A DNA stretch of 64,000 nt. Source: Dehalococcoidia bacterium. Its GTDB lineage: Bacteria; Chloroflexota; Dehalococcoidia; Dehalococcoidales; UBA3254. Numbering within the stretch: the stretch's first letter is position 1; the number at the start of each line of letters is the position of its first letter. Below, one piece after another: positions 9,458-17,238 of the stretch. The notes under the pieces were generated by a model that saw only the letters and a list, made by a program, of their open reading frames with translations, did not search any database and was not told where the DNA came from. The stretch covers positions 3,598 to 67,597 of the forward strand of contig JANYAV010000022.1 in the NCBI GenBank assembly GCA_025361145.1, given 5' to 3'. A program made the position numbers and the translations under genes.

Positions 9458-11191
9458 CTATTTTCCTTTTATACCTGATTTAAAAATATTATTTAGTTCA
9501 TCTGTGTTAGCTAAAATCGTACCTGAATCAATAGAATTATCTTCTGGTTCCCTGGTAAAGCTTTGTTTGTGAGCCAAACTCAACAAATACCTTTTTTTAA
9601 GGGTAAGTTTACATTGCTCTATTCTAGCCACTAGGTCTTCGCCGTGCAATTCCCTTTGTAATAAAATGTCCAGATGCTCTCGTATAACCGGATCAATTGA
9701 CTCTACAACAGGTAGGCCAACCGCGCTTTGACAGAGCTCAAAAAGCGCCCGGTTTTCGCTATTCTCAAAATAATCACAGGAAACCCCCTCGAATTTTTCT
9801 TTCATCTCAGGGTGTTTAAGCAGGATCGTGAGAATATATTCTTCCACCGGATTGGAACTAATAGTACGGGTAGCTTTCGCCATAGCGGTAGGCCGCGGCG
9901 CTTTAACCTTGCGGTCGGCTTTATAGCTGGCAAGGGCGGCTTCCAATTTACGATCCTCAACACCTGTGGCCAGCGAAAGGCCTGTAAGATAGCGGTATTG
10001 CCTGGGTCCCGCTTTAACATCAGCGATAATGGGTAAAATTTTATTGACCAGGTCAGTTTTGCCCCGAGATGACTTCATATCTAATTTGGCTGCAATTACT
10101 TTGAGGGTGAAGTCAATAACCGGCAAGGCTTTTTCGACCTGCGCCTGCCATACTTTGATATCAGCCTTAATGACTTCATCCGGGTCCTGCCCGGCGGGCA
10201 GGGTGATGACTTTGAGATCAACATCCAGGGTATTCTCAAAAATCACGCAGCGCATGGCGGCGTCTTCCCCGGCTGAATCGGGGTCCAGGGCCAGCGAGAT
10301 ATTGCGGGTTATTTTTTTTATATAGTTAATCTGCTTCTCAGTGATAGCGACTCCCATGGGAGCCACCACGTTGGAAAAGCCGTATTGATGAGCTACGATG
10401 ACATCCATATAACCTTCTACTAGCACCGCCAGGTTTTGCTGCCGGATAGCGGTTCTGGCCAGGTGAATACCATACAGGCTGCCGCTTTTATCAAAAATGC
10501 GGGTTTGTGGCGAGTTAATGTATTTAGGAGATGAATCATCCAGCACTCGCGCTCCAAAGCCGGTAGCCCGCCCGCGTTCGTCCATGATGGGGAATATAAT
10601 ATGATCTCGGAAACGGTCATGGGTTTTGCCACTGGCCTCGGCCTTAATGATTAGACCGGCATCCAGAAGCTCAGTTTCCTGAAAACCTTTATCCAGTAGA
10701 TATTGCTTCAAGGATCCCCAGGCCGGCAGACAATAGCCTAACTGAAAATCCGCGATAACTTTTTCATTCAAGCCCCGGCCCTTTATATAATTTCTAGCCT
10801 TTTCGGCGGCAGGGTTGCATAAGAGCAGGTTATGAAAATACTGAGTGGTGGCTTGATTGATCTCGTAGATTTTATCGCGGGCCTGATCGTCAGCCTCTGT
10901 TGCACCGTGGCTAGGAATGACAACCCCAGTTTTCTCAGCCAGGAGACGGAGGGTATCGGCAAAATCCAGGCCCTCCTTCTTCATGATAAAGGAAAAGACA
11001 TCGCCTCCGGTGTTGCAGGCGCCGAAGCAGTGCCAGCTCTGCTGATCCGGATAAACGAAGAAAGAGGGCTTCTTCTCACTGTGGAACGGGCAGGGCGCGC
11101 GCATGGTACGACCAGACTTCGTCAGTGTGACATACTGGCCGATTATTTCTACGATATCCGTTTTTTGTTTTACGTCGTCAATAACACTCAT
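9458..11191 (-). CDS. dnaG: DNA primase
   Basis: CHC2 zinc finger (CPFHSEKKPSF...CFGC) and a TOPRIM segment (VLVEGYMDV). It sits directly upstream of rpoD. Confidence 0.95.
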   Translation of the reverse strand: MSVIDDVKQKTDIVEIIGQYVTLTKSGRTMRAPCPFHSEKKPSFFVYPDQQSWHCFGACNTGGDVFSFIMKKEGLDFADTLRLLAEKTGVVIPSHGATEADDQARDKIYEINQATTQYFHNLLLCNPAAEKARNYIKGRGLNEKVIADFQLGYCLPAWGSLKQYLLDKGFQETELLDAGLIIKAEASGKTHDRFRDHIIFPIMDERGRATGFGARVLDDSSPKYINSPQTRIFDKSGSLYGIHLARTAIRQQNLAVLVEGYMDVIVAHQYGFSNVVAPMGVAITEKQINYIKKITRNISLALDPDSAGEDAAMRCVIFENTLDVDLKVITLPAGQDPDEVIKADIKVWQAQVEKALPVIDFTLKVIAAKLDMKSSRGKTDLVNKILPIIADVKAGPRQYRYLTGLSLATGVEDRKLEAALASYKADRKVKAPRPTAMAKATRTISSNPVEEYILTILLKHPEMKEKFEGVSCDYFENSENRALFELCQSAVGLPVVESIDPVIREHLDILLQRELHGEDLVARIEQCKLTLKKRYLLSLAHKQSFTREPEDNSIDSGTILANTDELNNIFKSGIKGK

Positions 11192-11231
11192 AGTTTTAGT
11201 TGTTAGTAATTAGTAATTAGTTATTAGTTTC
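11192..11231 (-). repeat. about six tandem heptamers (minus strand ACTAAWW) forming the sequence immediately 5' of the dnaG ATG
   Basis: Plus strand reads TAGTTTT AGTTGT TAGTAAT TAGTAAT TAGTTAT TAGTTTC directly abutting the start codon at 11189-11191. Confidence 0.8.
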
Positions 11232-11305
11232 AAGTTCCCCATTGGTTTGGCGTTATGGGTACAAAAACCCCTCCCTTTAATAACAGGGATAGAAAGAGCC
11301 TTTAC

Positions 11306-11335
11306 ATTATACTGCGATTAAAACCAAAATCACAA
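11306..11335 (-). promoter_or_regulatory. candidate sigma-70-type promoter for dnaG-rpoD
   Basis: Minus strand: TTGTGA-N18-TATAAT (plus-strand attata at 11306-11311). Confidence 0.4.
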
Positions 11336-11469
11336 AACTCAAAAAACAAATCACAATAGAAAATACAAAACAAGAAATCACAAACAATAAAAAGTCAAAG
11401 GTCAAAAGGCAAAATTTAGAAGTTTAGATTTATGATTTAAGAATACAACCAAGTTACGAATTGCAATTA

Positions 11470-12507
11470 TCAGGTTAGGCCTAATTCCTGGGCCTTTCTG
11501 AGGGCATATTGATCGGTCATGCTGGCGATGTAATCCACCACCTGACGTGAGGGGTCGTGGTATTCCGGCGGAAGAGCTCCATGGTTGATGTCAAAGTAGT
11601 TATATAAGTTTCTGACAATTTTACGGGCATTTTCAGCATCCGGCATGACGGAGCTGACATTATAAACTTTTTCATAAAGGAATTCGTGTAAGACAACAGC
11701 TGCCTCTTTAATACGTGCGCTCATTTTAATAACAGGCCTGCGCTTTACCGGCCTCAGACCGCTGACTGCCCAGGAGCTTGATATGATATCACAGACCAGG
11801 CTATTAATGCGCTCTGCGCGGGAATGTCCTAGCAAGCCGACCGCGGCAGCTGGCAGATCGCTCTCTTTTATAATATTGGCCCTTATGGCATCATCGATAT
11901 CGTGATTGATATAAGCCACCATATCAGCGATTTTACAAATCTCTCCTTCCAATGTGCCGGAGCGTCCCCATTTTTCACCCATAATTTCAATTACCCTGGT
12001 CTTGGAATGGTTCAAGATACCGTCCCTGACTTCCCAGGTCAAATTCAGCCCTTTGCCGTTGTTTTCCAGATAGTCCACCACACGCAGGCTCTGCTCGTTA
12101 TGGCGGAAACCGCCAGCGAAAAGCTCGTTCAGCACATCTTCACCCATATGGCCAAAGGGGGTGTGTCCCAAATCGTGGCCGAGAGCAATGGCTTCGGTAA
12201 GGTCTTCATTAAGATTGAGAGCGCGACTAATGGTACGAGCGATCTGGGAAACTTCCAAGGTATGTGTCAACCTGGTCACATAGTGATCGCCGACCGGAGC
12301 AATAAAAACCTGGGTTTTATGTTTGAGCCGCCTGAAGGAGTTGCTGTGGATGATACGGTCGCGGTCACGTTGAAAATCCAGGCGGACGGGGCTGGGTTTT
12401 TCCGGCCGCTGTCTGCCTCTGGAAAGCCGGCTTTTAGACGCAAAAGGAGAGAGAACTTCTTCTCTCCCCTCAAGCAACCGGCGTACGCTGGTTATGTGAT
12501 TAGCCAT
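11470..12507 (-). CDS. dgt: dGTP triphosphohydrolase-like HD-domain protein
   Basis: RLTHTLEVSQIAR and GHDLGHTPFGH motifs. It lies upstream of dnaG. Confidence 0.85.
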   Translation of the reverse strand: MANHITSVRRLLEGREEVLSPFASKSRLSRGRQRPEKPSPVRLDFQRDRDRIIHSNSFRRLKHKTQVFIAPVGDHYVTRLTHTLEVSQIARTISRALNLNEDLTEAIALGHDLGHTPFGHMGEDVLNELFAGGFRHNEQSLRVVDYLENNGKGLNLTWEVRDGILNHSKTRVIEIMGEKWGRSGTLEGEICKIADMVAYINHDIDDAIRANIIKESDLPAAAVGLLGHSRAERINSLVCDIISSSWAVSGLRPVKRRPVIKMSARIKEAAVVLHEFLYEKVYNVSSVMPDAENARKIVRNLYNYFDINHGALPPEYHDPSRQVVDYIASMTDQYALRKAQELGLT

Positions 12508-12654
12508 TCAATTTTTGTTTAGTCTTAATCATATAGATTACTTCACTGATTAAACCAATTCTATCCCAGATGACATATTAATATCAAATCATCCAGAAAG
12601 GGCTGTTATAGGGCATATCCTGTGCAGGGCCAACCTGGGGAGAACTGTTGCGGT

Positions 12655-13863
12655 TTATAAATTGTTGATATGTCCGCAGTGTGGGCAGCGCACAGCCGGC
12701 TGATTGAAACTGGGCGGCAGTCGTAATTTGGTGCCACAGTCTTCACAGTCCAGGGTCTTATAATTGTTCATTTTCCACATCATATCGGAAGTCTCACGAG
12801 TACGGTCAACTCTCTCCTGCAACTCACCGGCCACAGCACCGGTGGTAGCCTGACGCAAAGGTACGGATTGCGCGGCTAATCCAGCAACCCCAGGTATGGC
12901 GTGATCGCCTTTGACTACCTGTTCATAGGACTTTTCATAATCAGCATAGCCGGCACCGGACATAGCCCGCAGAATACGGATTCTCTCAGCAAGAGGTGGA
13001 TGAGTGCTGAAAAGATCATTGGCCGAAATCCCCTTCTTGTAAAAGGGATTGCTGATATACATAGGGGCGGTGGCCTTGTTAGCTTTTTGGACCTGGGTAT
13101 TATTGTTTTGCAGTTTTTCCAGGGCGGAGGCCAAGCCTTCCGGATATCTGGTGAAGAGAGCGCCTGAGGCATCTGCCAGGTATTCCCTTTTGCGCGAAAT
13201 GCCGAAATATATGATCTGGGCGACGATAGGGGCTAGAATCATCAGAACCAGTCCAACTACCAGAATAATGATCTGAGCGCCTCCGCCTCCGCTGTCTTTG
13301 GAGGAACTGCGACGGCTACCACCGCTAAAGAACAGCATACGGGAAGCGTAATATGACAGGATGACGATGGAACCCAGCAAAACGCTGGCCAGGACCATCA
13401 ATTGAACGTCACGATTCTTGATATGGGACATCTCGTGGGCGATGACACCCTGCAGCTCATCGCGGTTTAGTTTATCCAGCAGACCAGTGGTAATAGCCAC
13501 GGCAGTATGGTCTTTGCTGCGACCGGTAGCGAAGGCATTTAAAGCCGGATCATCTATGATATAGACATCCGGCATACGCTCCAAACCGGAGGCGATTTTC
13601 ATTTCTTCCACAATGTTATATAGGCGGGGGTGGTCCTTTGGTCCGATCTTACGTGCCCCCGCCATAGATAAAACAATGTTGTCTCCCTGAGTAAAAGCCA
13701 CCATGGTCATGATGCCCCAGACCAGCAGAGCGATGATCAGGCCAGCCACGTAGTTGTCCAGCAGCAAAACACCCAGAAAATAGCCCAGAAGGAGCAGTAC
13801 AGCTCCCATCAGGACTACCAGCAGAGTTGATCTGATCTGGTTAGATTTTATCTGTTCCCACAT
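12655..13863 (-). CDS. htpX: M48 family (HtpX-like) membrane metalloprotease with C-terminal zinc ribbon
   Basis: HEMSH zinc motif, four hydrophobic segments, and a C-terminal CEDCG...CPHCG ribbon. Confidence 0.8.
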   Translation of the reverse strand: MWEQIKSNQIRSTLLVVLMGAVLLLLGYFLGVLLLDNYVAGLIIALLVWGIMTMVAFTQGDNIVLSMAGARKIGPKDHPRLYNIVEEMKIASGLERMPDVYIIDDPALNAFATGRSKDHTAVAITTGLLDKLNRDELQGVIAHEMSHIKNRDVQLMVLASVLLGSIVILSYYASRMLFFSGGSRRSSSKDSGGGGAQIIILVVGLVLMILAPIVAQIIYFGISRKREYLADASGALFTRYPEGLASALEKLQNNNTQVQKANKATAPMYISNPFYKKGISANDLFSTHPPLAERIRILRAMSGAGYADYEKSYEQVVKGDHAIPGVAGLAAQSVPLRQATTGAVAGELQERVDRTRETSDMMWKMNNYKTLDCEDCGTKLRLPPSFNQPAVRCPHCGHINNL

Positions 13864-13882
13864 GGTTGATCAGTTGTCCTTA

Positions 13883-14485
13883 TTATTTAGTGCCAGTCGC
13901 CGCGGGAGGATTTCCAGGGAAGCTGACTTTGACGGCTTCTCTTTCAACTTCATTCTTGACCTCGAAAAACTCACCGGCTTTAAATCCGGTCATGCCAGCA
14001 ACCATATTAGAAGGGAACATCTGAGTCTTATTGTTATATTTTAAGACTTCATCATTGTAATATTGTCTGGAAAAGCTAATTTTATTTTCAGTAGAGGTCA
14101 ATTCCTCCTGAAGGGCCATGAAGTTCTGGTTGGCTTTCAGATCGGGGTAGTTTTCAACTACAGCCAGTAAGCGGGACAAAGCACCGGACAATTCGCCTTC
14201 AGCCTTGGCTCTATCCGCTACACCAGCGCCAGAAAGTGACTGCGCGAGATTACGGGCGTTAGTGACTGATTCCAGAGTCTGCCGTTCATGCTGCATATAA
14301 CCTTTGACAGTCTCAACCAGATTTGGGATAAGGTCGTATCTTCTCTTGAGTTGTACGTCAATTTGCGCCCAGGCATTTTTAACCTGGTTGCGCAGGCCTA
14401 CCAGTCCATTGTAGATACCGATGAAGATGAAGAGGAGAATAACAACAATAGCGGCTATAATGATTACGGCAATCAATCCAGACAT
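13883..14485 (-). CDS. lemA: LemA family protein
   Basis: N-terminal TM helix followed by the LemA-type helical region (YNGLVGLRNQVKNAWAQIDVQLKRRYDLIPNLVE). Confidence 0.85.
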   Translation of the reverse strand: MSGLIAVIIIAAIVVILLFIFIGIYNGLVGLRNQVKNAWAQIDVQLKRRYDLIPNLVETVKGYMQHERQTLESVTNARNLAQSLSGAGVADRAKAEGELSGALSRLLAVVENYPDLKANQNFMALQEELTSTENKISFSRQYYNDEVLKYNNKTQMFPSNMVAGMTGFKAGEFFEVKNEVEREAVKVSFPGNPPAATGTK

Positions 14486-14528
14486 AAAGATACCTCCTAT
14501 CCAAATTTATTTAATAGTAAAAGCCCTA

Positions 14529-14945
14529 TCAGTGGGCGTCCTCCGGATGCTGGGCTTTAAAGGTCTTACTCAGGAAGGATAAAATATCATCTTTCCTGTC
14601 ATTTTTCACCTGATGTAAGATCTCGTGAAGCTCTCCGCCATCGAACCACAGACCGTCTCCGGCCGGGCAACTATCTATCAAAACTTTAGGCTCTTTACCC
14701 AACCAGACTTTATCCATCTTCTTGCCGCAGATCGGGCATTTACGGTGAGTTTCATAGACTTCGGCTGGGCTTGGAGTGAGAAGATCATTTTGAGATTCTT
14801 GCCGGTTATCTGCGGATATTGCGGATATTAAAAGGTCCAATTCCTGGGCATCGAACCAAACTCCACTGCAGCGCAGGCAGAGATCCAGCTCGATCCGGCG
14901 GGATTCTACCACTACCATATCATCTTTGTCTACAGGGCACTTCAT
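14529..14945 (-). CDS. tandem TFIIB-type zinc-ribbon protein
   Basis: Two copies of the pattern CP..(x)..C..C.G.WFD..EL (CPVD...CLRCSGVWFDAQEL and CPICG...CPAGDGLWFDGGEL). Confidence 0.7.
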   Translation of the reverse strand: MKCPVDKDDMVVVESRRIELDLCLRCSGVWFDAQELDLLISAISADNRQESQNDLLTPSPAEVYETHRKCPICGKKMDKVWLGKEPKVLIDSCPAGDGLWFDGGELHEILHQVKNDRKDDILSFLSKTFKAQHPEDAH

Positions 14946-15143
14946 AGCATTTATCCTCTACCAATAGTGTAAGGATTATGAGTGACTCATGTCAATGGTT
15001 AATTGATCAGGTCTAAACCTTGCCAACAGTTAAGGTTGATCGAATATCTGGTAAAATGGGGCTATAAGAGTTACAAGAGCAAATCAAAAAACAGTGAATT
15101 GTCAGGAATCAGAAATCTAATTTTGGCAGAAGGGATGGGGATA

Positions 15144-15689
15144 ATGATTATAGAACACGCTGAGCAAACAGGGATCGATTTTGAAGGGACCATAATTGAC
15201 ATCGAGTCGATTGGCGAGTTCAACCAGCAATTTAAATACGATTCCAGGCATTATAAAGATATTAAACAGGTAGTTTTGGGCTATATCACCAAAACCAAAT
15301 TGCAGATTTATTGCGCTACAAATGTGGAGGACATAGAGGAATTAAGGCTAAAAACTCCTGAAATATTCAAAGAATTACAAAGGCCATATTATGCTTTTAA
15401 CTGCAATTTTGAAAGCGGAGTTTGTTTTCATCAGGCAGGCATACAGATAGATTTTGAGGGTGAATTGCAGGGAGAGGCTTTCGAGCGGAAAAAAGACGCT
15501 ATTATGAAATTAAAAATACCAAATTATGAAGACCCTTTTCACGATCTTGGGGTAATGTGTATTAAAGCCTGGCGCGAGCAGGAATTCAAGAAGGTCATCG
15601 CTCATAACCGAGCGTGCTTGCTGAAAGAAAGAGATATATTGGTCAAGAGGGGACATTGCCAGCCGGATAAAGTAAGATTTGTTTTATAA
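15144..15689 (+). CDS. hypothetical protein, possible divergent DEDD/RNase-H-like exonuclease fold
   Basis: Motif-like strings IIDIES (Exo I-like), YAFNCNFESG (Exo II-like) and AHNRACLLKE (degenerate Exo III-like). The start is uncertain: ATG at 15135 or 15144, or TTG at 15003. The gene is markedly AT-rich and opposite in strand to its neighbours. Confidence 0.35.
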   Translation: MIIEHAEQTGIDFEGTIIDIESIGEFNQQFKYDSRHYKDIKQVVLGYITKTKLQIYCATNVEDIEELRLKTPEIFKELQRPYYAFNCNFESGVCFHQAGIQIDFEGELQGEAFERKKDAIMKLKIPNYEDPFHDLGVMCIKAWREQEFKKVIAHNRACLLKERDILVKRGHCQPDKVRFVL

Positions 15690-15882
15690 AAACTGATCTT
15701 ATATTACCTGTGCCTCACCGCCTATATTGTGCGGTTATGGTAGGGAATGACCTTTGCCATTATACTAATGCGTGTTTTAATATCAAGATCCTGAGTTATC
15801 TTTGGGGACCGGCAGTACTTCTCATGGGTTGGCTGTTTATCAACGTTTATTAAACGCAATCTACCACGAGATTTTATTACAC

Positions 15883-15939
15883 GAATATCTCAAAAGAAAA
15901 ACCGCTCATTTTTTGAAGCGGTTTTCTTTTGAGATATTC
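15883..15939. terminator. bidirectional terminator between the hypothetical gene and serS
   Basis: About 23-bp arms GAATATCTCAAAAGAAAAACCGCT / AGCGGTTTTCTTTTGAGATATTC with one bulge. A/T tracts lie on both sides. Confidence 0.75.
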
Positions 15940-15947
15940 GGTTAAAT

Positions 15948-17174
15948 TTATTTAATAAGATCTGTTCCTACATATTTCCGGAGGACTTCAGGGACTTTGA
16001 TGGTGCCATCAGGCTGTTGATAGGTCTCCATGAGGGCAATCATCACTCTGGGCAAAGCCAGCCCGGAACCGTTGAGTGTATGGACAAACTGGGGTTTTTC
16101 TTCTGAAGACGGGCGGTAACGGATATTGGCGCGGCGGCCCTGGAAATCTTTACAGTTGGAACAGGAGCTGACTTCCAGCCACTCAGCCTGTCCGGGTGCC
16201 CACATTTCAAGATCATAGGTTTTGGTGGAAGAGAAACCCATATCGGAAGTATTTAAGAGTTTTACCCGGTAAGTTAAGCCCAGCTTCTGGCAGATGTCCT
16301 CGGCATCTTGGACCATCTTCTCAAGCTCGGCCATAGATGTTTCGGGGGCGACCAATTTATACATTTCCACTTTATCGAACTGATGGCCGCGTTTTATGCC
16401 GCGCACGTCTTTGCCAGCGGACATCTTTTCACGGCGAAAGCAGGCGGTATAAGCCACATAATTTAAAGGCAGCATATTGGCGGAAAGAATCTCGCCAGAA
16501 TGCAGACTGGTGATAGGCACTTCGGCGGTAGGCACAAACCAGTAATCTTCCTCGATATCCCGATAAAGGTTGTCAGCGAATTTAGGCAGATTGCCTGAAG
16601 CCTGCATGGTCTCTCTTTTAACCATGAAAGGAAGATAAACTTCTTTATAGCCATGTTGGAATGTATGAGTATCCAGGAAAAAGCTGATAAGGGCGCGCTG
16701 CAGTCTGGCTCCCCAGCCGTTGAGAACGTAAAAGCGGGTCCCGGAAAGTTTGACGCCGCGCTCGAAATCGATAATGCCCAGCTTTTCGCCAAGTTCCCAA
16801 TGAGCCATAGGTTTAAAATCGAATTTAGCCGGTTCACCAATTGTGCGTACGACGACATTATCCTCTTCAGAGGAGCCGACCGGAACTGAAGTATCCGGCA
16901 TATTGGGGACTCGTAGCAGGAGGTCCTTGATTTTAGCGTCCATTTCGGTGGTCGCGCCTTCAATAGCGTTGATCTGGTCTCTCAGTTTGCGTCCGGATTC
17001 GGGGTCCATCTTGCCTCCCTTGCGGGAGTGACGCAACTCTTCCAGTTCGGTCATTTTCTGCCGACGTTCAGCATCCAGAGCCAGGATTTCATCGATGGAA
17101 GCGGTGTCTTTGCGGTGGCCTAAAGATTCTTTTACCAGTTCAGTATTATCGCGGATTAATTTTAAATCGAACAT
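15948..17174 (-). CDS. serS: seryl-tRNA synthetase
   Basis: N-terminal coiled-coil arm beginning MFDLKLIRDN, plus the class II core. I prefer the ATG at 17174 over the ORF-track start at 17198. Confidence 0.95.
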   Translation of the reverse strand: MFDLKLIRDNTELVKESLGHRKDTASIDEILALDAERRQKMTELEELRHSRKGGKMDPESGRKLRDQINAIEGATTEMDAKIKDLLLRVPNMPDTSVPVGSSEEDNVVVRTIGEPAKFDFKPMAHWELGEKLGIIDFERGVKLSGTRFYVLNGWGARLQRALISFFLDTHTFQHGYKEVYLPFMVKRETMQASGNLPKFADNLYRDIEEDYWFVPTAEVPITSLHSGEILSANMLPLNYVAYTACFRREKMSAGKDVRGIKRGHQFDKVEMYKLVAPETSMAELEKMVQDAEDICQKLGLTYRVKLLNTSDMGFSSTKTYDLEMWAPGQAEWLEVSSCSNCKDFQGRRANIRYRPSSEEKPQFVHTLNGSGLALPRVMIALMETYQQPDGTIKVPEVLRKYVGTDLIK

Positions 17175-17238
17175 CCTATTACTCCTAAGTGAAATCAAAG
17201 GTTAGAATTCAAAATCCAGTTACAATTAAAAAATTCCT

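Noticed and set aside
8747-9478. 243-aa plus-strand ORF antisense to rpoD. Similar long antisense ORFs lie at 27750-28445 (antisense to ligA), 11902-12522 (antisense to dgt) and 33018-33530 (antisense to DUF1015).
   Set aside because: Each lies wholly inside a confidently identified gene on the other strand. The translations are low-complexity or odd in composition with no recognisable motifs. None has an SD. Long antisense frames are expected opposite mid-to-high-GC coding DNA.
16463-16963. 166-aa same-strand alternative-frame ORF inside serS.
   Set aside because: It is embedded in the well-conserved serS frame. The translation is Ser/Pro/Leu/Cys-rich with no motif, and no ribosome-binding site was seen.
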